Source: the human T2T-CHM13v2.0 reference genome, Homo sapiens
Assembly (NCBI RefSeq): GCF_009914755.1
Contig: NC_060939.1
DNA: 64,000 nucleotides
Strand: one strand, 5' to 3'
The notes under the pieces are model-generated. The model did no database searches and was not told the origin of the DNA. It saw nothing but the letters and a program-made list of their open reading frames with translations. Both the position numbers and the translations under genes were made by a program. How positions within the stretch are numbered: the first letter of the stretch is position 1; each line of letters opens with the position of its first letter. Positions 15,553 to 31,228 of this stretch are shown piece after piece.

Positions 15553-17495
15553 CTCATGAATTATTAAAGAGCATCTATAAGAAACTATAGCTAACATCTT
15601 ATTTAATGATGAAAAACCAGATCTTTCCCCCCAAGATTGGGGACAAGGTTAAGTATGTCCTCTCTCACCACTCCTATATACAGTAAGATAAGAAAAGGAA
15701 ATACAAGATACATAGATTGGGAAGGAAGAAGTAAAGCTTTACTTGTTTGAAGATGATATGATGGTCTATGTAGGAAGTTCCAAAGATGTGACAAAAAGCC
15801 TCCTCGAATGAATAAGCAATTAAAGCAAAGCTGTAGGTCACACCTTGATAAAAGTCAACTGCCATCCTATATATTAGCAATGACAAATTGGAATTTGAAA
15901 TTAAAAACATGGTATCATTTAAATTAGCACCAAAAAAAGAGAAATATTCAAGTATAAATCTAACAAATATGTATATACCCTCATTATTCTAGATGAGGGA
16001 AAACTATAAAACTCTGATGGATGAAATTAAAGATCTAAATAAATGGAAAGATATTCCATATTCATGGGTAGGAAGACTCAATAATGTTAAGATGTCAGTT
16101 CTTCCTGACTTGATCAATGCAATCTCAATCAAAATCCAAGCTAGTTACTCCATTGATACTGATAAACTGATTTTAAAGTTTATATGGAGAGGCAAAAGAT
16201 CCAGAATAGCCAATATAATATTAAATAAGAAGGATAAAGTTGGAAGACTGACTCTATGTGGCTACTAGTCTTATGATAAAGTTACACTAATCAAGAGAAT
16301 GTGGTATTGGTGAAAAAAATAGACACATAGATCAATGGAACAGAATAAGGGAGACCAGAATTAGAAGCACACAAATACAGTCAACTGACCTTTGATAAAG
16401 GAGCAAAGGCAACCAAACAAAGAACAGTCATTTCAACAAACGGTGCTAGAACAACTGGATATTCACATGCAAAAAAAAAAAAAAATCAACCTAGATGATT
16501 TTATATTTTTCACAAAAGTTAATTCAAGATGGATTATATACCTAAATGTAAATCATAAAACCTTAAAACTTCTAGAGAATACAAAGGAGAAACTCAAAAT
16601 GATCCTGAGTTTGGTAATGAGTTTTCATATACAATATCAAAAACACACTCCATGAAAGAACAAATTGATAAGTTGGAATTCATTAAAGTTAAAAACACTG
16701 CTCTGTGAAAAGCACTGTTAAGAGAACGAAAAGATAAGCCACAAACTAGGAGAAAAATACATGGAAAACACATATCTGATAAAGTATTTGTATCCAGGAT
16801 ATTCAAAGAACTCTTACAACTTAATACGAAGACAAAAAATCTAGTTAAAAAGTGGGCAGAAGATCTAATAGATACATCATCAAAGACACAGTATACAGAT
16901 TGTAAATAATCATAGAAAAAGATGTTCAATGCTACATGTCATTGAAGGATTACAAATTAAAACAAGATGCCATTATACACCTATTAGGATGGCTAAAATC
17001 CAAAGTACTTGACATCAGAAATGCGGGTGAGTATGTGGAGGAACAGGAGCTCACATTCATTACTGGTGGGAATGAAAAATAATAAAGTCACATTGGAAGA
17101 CAGTTTGGTAGTTTTTTATAAAGCTAAACATAGTCATCATATGATCCAGAATCACATTCCTACACATTTACTCAAATGACTTAAAAACTTATATCTACAC
17201 AAAAGACTGCACGAGTATTCACAGAAGTTTTATTAATGACTGCCAAAACTTAGAAGCAACTAAGCTATCCTTCAGTAGGTAAATACATAAACAATTGATA
17301 CACATTCATACAATGGATTATTATTCAGCAATAAAAAGAACTGAGCTATCAAGACACAGAGAGACATGAGGGAACCTTAAATGCATATTGCTAAGTGAAT
17401 GAAGTCAGTCTAAAAAGGGTACATGTTATATAACTTCAACTGTGTGATATTCTGGAAATGGTAAAACTATACAAACAGTAAAAAGATGAGTGGCT

Positions 17496-20518
<3,023 letters not shown>

Positions 20519-21891
20519 CAATCAGTGGCTTCCAGGGGTTGGGTGGGTGGGGAGGAATGAATATATGGAGCACAATGAAGTTTTGGGATAGTAAAACTGT
20601 TCTGCATGATACTAAAATGTTAGATACACAACATTATGCATTTGTCAACCCCACAGAACTAGAAAAGGCAAAGAGTGAACCCTAATGTAAACTATGGACT
20701 TCAGTTAGTAACAACATATCAATGTTGGTTCATCAACTGTAAAAATATACCACACCAATGCAAGATTTCAAGAATAGGTAAAACTGAGGAGAGGATGGGA
20801 AGAGGAAATACCTGGGAACTCAATTTCTGCCCAATTTTTCTGTGAATCTAAAACTACTCTAATAAAGTCTGTTAATTAAAAAAACCTCTAGGATTTAGAT
20901 ATATTTGATAGGTTTTAATCTCCTGCAATTCTTATTCATATCAGAGATCAGGTTGTTCTGCCTTAGGCCCTTGGTATCTTGATCCTTTGACTTAACTCCA
21001 CTAGTCTTTGAGAACTTTGCTCTAGTTGGGATAACAAGAGGTTTGAGAGTCATTTCCTGCTGCATACTTGGAATCAGCCACTGATTTAATTTGATGGGAA
21101 ATGATACTTCCAACCTATAATCTGGTCCGAAGGATTCTCAATACTACTGGGGTGGTCAATGTTTCTAGACCTTTAGAATTAATAGATCTAGGAACCTCTC
21201 CCCATTCCCACTCTCCCACCCCCAAGATAAAATACCTTCTGAATTTGTAATAATATTTCAAACTCAAATTCCAGACTAAGGGATTTTTTCTTTAATATGT
21301 TTTATATAACAGCTCAAGATAAAATACAGCCCAAGATAAAATACCTTCTGAATTTGTAATATTTCAAATTCAAATTCTAGACTAAGGGATTTTTTTCTTT
21401 AATATCTTTTATATAACAGTTCTCTCTCTTTTCTTTCACATGGAGAATCCTGGTGCTCAAGGGCACAGAGGATGATAAAATTTGAATACCTACAATTATA
21501 TAGAATATCTATAATTTGCTTTATGTTATATTACAATACATAACAGTTTCATAATGACAATATTAACAGTACCGCTACCAATAATGATTACTGAAAACAG
21601 CTGGAAATGTTTTGGCATATGTCATACTCAGTTTCCACTAATTTTTTTGTCACTAAACTAGTAACATGGTCAGAACATGCCATTTCATATCATACTCTCT
21701 CCTTCAATCTTCTTTAGTTTTAGAACTATAAATAACTACATATTTTATGCTCACTACAAGTACTTATGTCAACGTATCTGCAGTCATTTGCTTGTCTGAA
21801 GCTTGTTCTCTAGTAAGTTTCTTAGGAAGGGCTTGTGGGACCAATATTCCCTCAATTCTTGCGTGTTGCATCCTGATAACAGTACATTGCC

Positions 21892-22188
21892 TTTTTTTTT
21901 TTTTTTTTTGAGACGGAGTCTCTCTCTTTTGCCCAGGCTGGAGTGAAGTGGTGGGATCTTGGTTCACTGCAACCTCTGCCCCCCAGGTTCAAGCGATTCT
22001 CCTGCCTCAGCCCAAGTAGCTGAGACTACAAGCGCGCATGACCACACCCAGCTAATTTTTGTATTTTTAGTAGAGATAGGGTTTTGCCATATTGGCCAGG
22101 CTGGTCTCGAACTCCTGACCTCAGGTGATCCACCTGTCTCAGCCTCCCAAAGTGCTAGGATTACAGGCGTGAGCCACTGCGCCCAGCC
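21892..22188 (-). mobile_element. AluSx
   Basis: Full dimer; TSD ttgcctttt. Confidence 0.92.
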
Positions 22189-22358
22189 ATCTTGCCTTTT
22201 ATAAGAAAGGATCAGTTTTGTTGGATATGAAGTTCTTGGCACATATATTCTTTTTGAGAGTATTAAAAATGTTACTCAATTTTCTTGTAAAATAAAGCAT
22301 TGCTATTAAAAAATCTGATATTACATTAATTTCCTTTCCCTTATAAATCATGCATGAG

Positions 22359-22438
22359 AGGTTGGTGCAAAAGTAATTGTGGTTTTGCCATTAAAAGTAA
22401 CAGAAAAAAACCACAATTACTTTTGCACCAACCTAATA
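22359..22438. mobile_element. MADE1 mariner MITE (the miR-548 source element)
   Basis: Perfect 28-bp inverted repeat aggttggtgcaaaagtaattgtggtttt / aaaaccacaattacttttgcaccaacct. Confidence 0.95.
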
Positions 22439-24109
22439 CTATTTTTGCTCTTTTGCTATGTAATTTTAAAAATATAAGTACAATTTATACACAATTAACA
22501 TTAGCCCTTTTCTTAAAGAGTTTGAACAAATGCATTCAGTTGTGAAACCACCATAATAAAGATACAGTAGATCTACCACCTCCCTAAATTCCCCTTGCTG
22601 TCTTCTTTCTAGTCAACTCCTCTCCCAACCCTTGTTTTCTATTCCTGTAGTTTTGCCTTCTTTAGAATGTCATATACATGGAATTGTGCCACATGTAGCT
22701 GTTAAGTCTGGCTTTTTTCACTTAGCACAATACATTTGAGATTCATCCATGTTGTTGCATACATCAGTAGTCTGTCCCTCTTTTTAAAATTTTATATTTA
22801 TTTTATTGTGGTAAAAACACTTAATATGAGATCTACCCACAGCATATTTTTAAGTGTATAATACAATATTGTTAACTTTAGGCACAGTGTTGTAAAATAC
22901 ATCTCTAGCATTTATTCATCTTTTATTACTGAAACTTTATGCCTGTTGATTAGCAACTCCCTATTTTCCCCTCTCCCATGCTCCTGGCAACCATAGTTCT
23001 GCTCTCTGCTTCTGTGAATTTAAATATTTTAGATACCTCATATAAACAAAATCATGGAGTATTTGTCCTTGTGTGAATGGCTTTTTTCACTCAACATAAT
23101 GTCTTCATGGTTCAACCATTATGTCACATATTGCAGGATTTCCTTCTCCTTTAAGGCTAAGTAATATTCCATTGTATGTGTATACATTTTCTTTGTCTAC
23201 TCATCTGAATGTCAATGGACATTCAAGTTGTTTCCCCCTCCTCAAAATTGTCAATAGTGCTGAAATAAATACAGAAGTGGTAATATCTCTTTGAGATTGT
23301 GATTTTAATTCTTTTGGATAAATAACCAGAAATGAGAATGCTGGGTCATACAGTAGTTCTACTTTTAGTTTTTTGAGGAATCTATACTGTTTTCCATAGT
23401 GGCTGCACCATTTTGGATTCCAACCAAGAGTGTACAAGGGTCCCAATTTCTCCACATTCTTGTTAACACTTGTTGTGTTTTGTTAACGACCATCCTAATG
23501 GGTGTGAGGTGCTATTTCGTTGTGGTTTTGAACTGTATTCCTCTGACAGTTAGGGACATTTAGCATCTTTTCATATATCTTTTGGCCATTTGTATGTCTT
23601 CTTTGGACATGTAAAGATATAGTAGATCTATTTAAGTCCTTTGTCCATTTTTTAATTAAGTTGTTAATATTTTTGTTGAGTTGTAAGAATTTCTTACATA
23701 TTTTGAACTTAACCCTTTCTCTGATATGGTTTGCAAATATTTTCCCATTCTGTAGATTGCCTTTTCATTCTATTGTTTCCTTTGATGTGACAAAGCTTTT
23801 TATTTTAATGTGGTCCCATTTGTTTGTTTTTGCTTTTGTGGTCTGTGTTTGGTGTAATATCCATGAATTCACTGTCAAGATCAATATTATAAGGGTCTTC
23901 CCCTAAGTCTTCTTTCATTAATTTTAGAATTTCAGGTCTTATGTTTAAGTCTTCAATCCATTTTCAGTTGATTCTTGTGTTAGGGTATAAGATAAGGGTC
24001 CAGTTTCATTCTTTTGCCTGTGAATATCCAGTTTTCTCAACACCATTTGTTGAAGATTATCCTTCCTGTGTTGTGTATTCTTGACAATCTTATCAAAGAT
24101 CAGCTGACT

Positions 24110-24282
24110 CCATCTGACTTGGTCTCTGTTAATGATGTTTCTCCCTTTAAACCCAATTAAGGACTAGAAGAGGCAGAGAGAGCCCTAGAGCCCAGGCCTT
24201 GGTGGTCATTAAGATGTTAAATATTGTGCTGAAAATTTCTGGTGATTTAATCAATAAAGAATAATTTCTAGCTAAAAAAAAA
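24110..24282 (+). mobile_element. Short polyadenylated retro-insertion of unidentified non-L1 sequence
   Basis: AATAAA at 24253-24258, A9 tail, 15-bp TSD aaagatcagctgact / aaaaatcagttgact. Confidence 0.75.
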
Positions 24283-24792
24283 TCAGTTGACTGTATATAC
24301 ACAGATTTTTGGACTCTCTGTTCTGCTCCATTGCTCTATATGCCTGTCTTTATGCCAGTACAATACTGTTTCAATTACTGTATCTTCGCATATTTTGAAA
24401 TCAGGAACTGTTATGACTCCAGCTTTGTTTTTCATTCTCAAGATTGCTGTTACATTTATTGCTGAATAGTATGTCACTGCATAGATGTACCACAGTTTGT
24501 TTATTCATTCACCAGTTTTGGGTGATTATGCATAAAACATCCATAAACATTCATTTATAGTTATAAATGATATAAATACATACACAAAAATTATATGTAA
24601 GAACATGTATTTTTATTCCTTTGAGGTAACTACCCAGGTGTGGGATTGCTGGATCATACACTAAGTATATGTTTATCTTTTTGAGATAGTTACATACTGT
24701 TTCCAAAGTGGCTGTATCATTTTGCATTCCCACAAGTAGTATATGTAGTTCCAACTTCTCTGTGTATGCTCTCCAGCACTTGGTATTACTGG

Positions 24793-25096
24793 TTTTGTTT
24801 TTTTGTTTTCTGTTTTTGAGACAATCTTGTTCTGTTGCCCAGGCTGGAGTGCAGTGGTGTGACCTAAGCTCACTGCAACCCCCGCCTCCTGGGTTTAAGT
24901 GATTCTCGTGCCTCAGCCACCTGAGTAGGTGGGATTACAGGCGTTTGCCACCACACCCGGCTAATTTTTGTATTTTTAATAGAGACGGGGTTTCACTATG
25001 TTGGCCAGGCTGGTCTTGAACTCTTGGCCTCAAGTTATCTGCCTGTCTTGGCCTCCCAAAGTGTTGGGATTACAGGCGTTAGCCACCGTGCCTGGC
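24793..25096 (-). mobile_element. AluS
   Basis: Full dimer. Confidence 0.92.
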
Positions 25097-28000
25097 TTGT
25101 TTTGTTTTTTAAGCAATTCTAATTGACACGTTGAAGTGTCTCACTGTAGTTTTAGTGTGTATTTCTTAATGATGTTGAGAATCTCTTCATGTGCTTACTT
25201 GGCATCTTTGTATCTTATTTGGTGAAGTGTCTATTCAAATCTTGTGCACATTTATTAACTGTTTTATTCTGTGATGTATCTACAGCAGCAACATAAAAAT
25301 ATACCCTGATTGATGGAATTAATGAATATAATACTCTCTTCCTCTCCCCAAAGTGAAGAAATCATACTTCTCAGCTTAGAAAACATGTGGAAGGCTTATG
25401 ATCTTTAAAATTTTAAAACGAGCAAAACCAGATCTCATTTACAAGCACAAATGACAGTATCAGGCATATGTCCTAGTTCATCTCCACAGAAAGTAGAATT
25501 ACTAGTAAATACATATTATTAAAACAATGAATTTTAAATTATAATTGCTATTTAATTATGTTTATGAATTTATTTATTGTGGCAAGCCTGAAAATTTTTC
25601 CAATGGAGTCTCATTTTAGTTATGCTCATTGGGTCTGTTGTACCAAACATATTTTAAATGTATAGTACTCATCAGAATAAAATATATTAAACAGAAATAG
25701 AGAAAAATAGTATTTGAGATGAAAAACATATTTGTAAGAAGTCCTACATGTGGACTTGCATATATGGAAATATTTTTAATGTTATTGTTTCAGTGATAAA
25801 ACTAGAAGATATTAAATTAGTGCAATTAGATGAATAAGTCTTGGTTAATAAGAAAATGTCCTCTCAGCAAGAAGCTTGGGGACTGATAATAAGAAAATGT
25901 CCTCTCAGCAAAAAACCTGGGGACAGAAAATTTTAAAATGTAGAGAAAGATTTAAAATCTCTTTAGAGAGATTATTCAGTTTTGACATTTTCGTGACCAC
26001 AGAGAATTTAGACTTGTAACACAATCTGAGAGTGTTTTTTTTTTTTTTTTTGCAGAAGACAATGGGATGGATATTTGGATCAGAGTATGAGTTGTGGATG
26101 AAGAGGGAAAATTTCTCCTACTGGCACTGTGATGACTAGTGCAAACCTACGCTATCTACAATGCCTTCCCTGTCTTGCGGCTCATTCTTTCTGAAGCCAG
26201 AACACTTAGAGTGGGTGGGGATAGTAGGGAGAACCACCATGCTGCAATAGCAAACCAGCTCCAGAGAAGGGTCTTCAAGGGGTGCTAATAATACTTTCTG
26301 ACAATGAATCTTCACTGTGGGGATATAAATTATATGCATCCTAAACTTGAGTTTGCATCAAGTCAATATAACAATCACAAATGATTATTTCCCTGCACTT
26401 CATATCATAAAATATAACATTTTAATAACAACAAAATTAATGTTAAAATTAAACTATTTTCCTAATTATAATGTTGCTTCAGAATAAGGAGTACATAATC
26501 TTCAACTAGATGTGTTATTTCAAGGGTTTTTACTTAATTGGTGAATCTGGTCCTAATAGAATAGGCAATTTAATTATTCCACAGAGACATTCTAACTTTA
26601 GAAAGGAAATCATATATATTTTAAACACCAATCTAATTAGACTTTCTGTATTTCCTCAAATTAGCCTCTGACTGAGAAAGTGTTATGTTTCAAAGATTAC
26701 AATAATATATTTAAAAAAGTAGGGTGAGCATCAAATTAGTTCATTAATTTTAAACTCTAGTGCTAGAGCATTATTTTTACTGTTAACATGAATTTGTTAA
26801 TAACAAGACGACTATGATTAGTAAGTCTGTAGATATGTTCTTAAGTAAGATCTGGTTATGTAATTTTAAATTCACAATTAAACATGTTGCCTCTGGAGAA
26901 GACCCCAGGTGGTTTGCAGTGTTAAATAGCAGATTAAAGTTGACACAACTAATTTCTTTAATCTTATTAGTGGTACAACAGCTGTCAACTGTAACCATCT
27001 CTATAAAGCCTTTTGAGACATAAACAAAATGCCTCAATATGTCAAATGGAGAAGAGTATTTATCAATCACTATTGCTAATTAGCTTGCAAAATAATTTTT
27101 TACTTTTATTGTCTATTGGGGATAATTATTCACTTTTAGTAAACTTTTATCTAAAAATAGATATTTAAAATTATATTAAAATCATCCTGACTAGAAATAA
27201 GTGTTTATTAACAATGGATTGTAGTATAAATTTTACCCTAACTGGCTAATACTCTTTTATTAGTGCTTACTGGGGGTCTATGATGTAGCAGACACAGGAG
27301 GTGACACATAGGTTCCAGTTCCATGTCTTCATCTGTTACTTATAAGAAGTAAATTCTATGATAAGTTCACTCCACATTTGCTGGCTGATCTGAGCCTTAA
27401 AGAGTGTTTATAGCACACAGAAATGTTGTATTTCATTTTTAGACTTCATTGCTGGATCTTACGTGAACATTTCGTCTCACACATACAAACAGCTACATGT
27501 GGTTTTTGGTTCACCTTTCTCAATTTCTGTTAGGTCAGTTCCTCTTTGGTTCCTAGTCTGCTAGGTGGGAAAAATGATTCCACAGATAATTTCCTATACC
27601 CACATCAATAAAACAGTACAAAAACACCCAAGCCAAAAATCCAAAACCAATCGACTAAACAATATCTCAGTCTTCCAGCAACTCACAGTTTTTTTATATC
27701 AATGAAATGATATTTTACTTTTATTAAAATAGTGAAAGTTTTATGTTCATAAATCAGAAAGAAAAGTACAGCTGTCGTCACCCTGCAAACACTAACTTTG
27801 TAAGAGATCCAACCAAGAACGCTCATTGACGCAACCTTCGAACCAAATAGTACTTTTTGCTTACTCTTAAATAATTTAATTGTTTTGTTGTGTAGTATAG
27901 AATATCTTATTGATTGATAAGATATTCTATCTTATCAATATAGTTGAGAATATCTCTTCTCAACTATGATGTAAGCTCTTTGAAGACAAAACTCATCACA

Positions 28001-28373
28001 GAAGAAATTCAACAAATACTGGCAGACTGATAATATTTCTCTCTGATGATAGCATGCAGGCAATAAGGTACAGAAGGAAGACCAGAATAGGATGCTCAAA
28101 CGTAGCTCAGCTAAACTGATGATGGAGGGTAAATCATTCAGTCTTTAAAACCTTTGGTTTCTTCATTTATATAGTGTGATAATGGTGAAAACATGCCAAA
28201 TACTCTGATTGTTAAATAAATGCAATATGCCTGGCAGCTCTACATGGAAATCAAATGCCTTACCATGGCATAGATGGGTTACATTAAAAAAAATCTCAAC
28301 ACTGTGGCTTTTATCAGAAAATATGAACCCAACACCTACCAGAGCAATTTTTTCTTAATACGTTCACTCTCTA

Positions 28374-28938
<565 letters not shown>

Positions 28939-29157
28939 TCATTCTGTTCAGCACAGTAAAATGACTTAACTAAGAAAAGATCATTTATATTTTTCAAATG
29001 CTGTTTCTTCCTCTTAGCAGTTGAAACTGCACTGTTAAATGTAAATAATAAAGGCATAATATAGTAAAGCTTTATCTTGTAGCTGTAGGATTAAAGTTCT
29101 GAGCTGTATTATGCTACCAGGATTTGAGAGGGAGAAAGAGAAAGAAAGCAAAAGAGA

Positions 29158-29158
<1 letters not shown>

Positions 29159-29203
<45 letters not shown>
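29159..29203. repeat. (CA)~22 microsatellite
   Basis: Seen directly. Confidence 0.97.
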
Positions 29204-29206
<3 letters not shown>

Positions 29207-30884
29207 TGAGAGAGAGATGAAAGGTGGAAGGGGGGAAGGGACAAGAGGGAAGGAAAAAAAGAGGTCTATGTGGGTATGCTCTTATAATCGCATGCCTTCT
29301 GAACACCTTAACCTCACTTTCATAATAGGCAACTGGCTTCTAATTTCAGGAAAATCATTGGTGAAATGTTTAAGTTTCTCATTAACAACCTTTTTTTTTT
29401 TTAATTAAAAAGCTGGACTATAGCCCATTATGATCAAGTCTGAGAGAGTAGGGTCTGAAGAAATACACTTTTCAGTTGTTTGTAAATATAAGACAATGCT
29501 CTTGGGTTTCAAATTAAGTGCTCATTATAAAGTTAATGATGAGATAACCAGTCTGGGACACTAAGTCCCCCTAGAAAGTAACATTTGAGAGTTATAAAGA
29601 ATATGAGCGGTACTGTTATTTGTTCTTACAGAACTTGTATTTTTCTTAAAGAACTATACATGATATATTTTCTTTTCTTTGATTCTGAAGATAAGCTCTT
29701 CACTGTAGGTATGTTCCTTTTAAGTGTGTTTACCTTAGGACCTAGGGATAGTAAGTTTAATGAATGTCATTTTCTATATAGATTATCCAAACTGAGGTTG
29801 ACAGAAAAAAGGAAAGTTCAGTCAGTCCCAGCTTGTAGTAATGGCATTTAACGTTCATAAAGAAATGTACCCTAGAGAGCTTATAGAGTATACTTTCTCT
29901 CTTTATTCCTACTTTAAACGGTGGGCATTTATTCATTCTTTTTTGATGTGAAGAATTTTGAAAAACAACTATGAGGACACAAGGAAGGCTCTATAGCAAA
30001 GTCAAATATTTTCAAGCCAATCTAGTGTTAAAATAATCTTTACTATATGTATCTGAAAGTATCAGGTTCATTTGGCTGGAAGGAACAAAAATTTACTCAA
30101 AATATTTTAAGTAAAAAGAGCCATTTATTGTAAGGCTATTGGGAACTTTCACATAAGTCCAGGAGAAAATGAACAACCATACCTCAAGAGAGCTGGAACA
30201 ATGCTAGCTCTGTGGACTAGACTGCTTTCATTTCCAGCCCCCTTCTGTCCCATGAAGCAGTTTTGGTCTCCTCTTTTTTTTTTTTTTTTTTTTTTTTTCC
30301 CAAAACGGCCTTCCTTAGTCCTGTAAAACCTGGAATGCACATAGTCCTGTAATGGCCATCCCAGAAGTGAATCTACATGATTATTCAAATTCAAATACCT
30401 AAGAAAAAAAATCACTTGAAGTTCTGCAACTTCCCAAATGCAAATTCCTGAGAAAGAAACTTGACTGAGCCAGTTCAACTTTCTGTATTGGATTATAAAT
30501 CCTATCTTGCTGGCTGGTCTGTAGATTGGTTGCTCTTGAGTCAGATGACCTCTCTTTAGAGTTTAGTCAGCTATGGCCATTGAGGGGAGCACCACATGGA
30601 TGGCATAAAACATAGCTGACGAGGCATGGATGTAATGCCTAGAACAAGTAGTATTCATAAAACACTGAAAAAAAGAAGGACACAACAAATAGGAAGGGAG
30701 AAGGTGATTATGGCAAGCCAACAAGAAAGAAGAAAAGGTAACAAGGAAGGAAACTCATAGTAAAAACTGTGAGAGTCTAGATTTTGTTGCAAACTGAAGA
30801 CACAAAGGCAAAGACTTAATAGTAGATGAGTCCCAAAGAGAACAGCCAAATGAGTCAAGAGACTGGAATAAGAAGTAAGCACAT

Positions 30885-31228
<344 letters not shown>

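Larger units (their letters stand above)
22450..25260 (-). mobile_element. Nested L1M fragments (L1MA-like ~22780-24450 within an older L1MB/ME)
   Basis: Antisense ORF2 remnants (ORFs 23201..23455, 24283..24477, 24551..24754). Confidence 0.75.

Noticed and set aside
21221-25924. Direct repeats as a CRISPR-like array
   Set aside because: Only two copies each, no spacer structure, and the context is eukaryotic.
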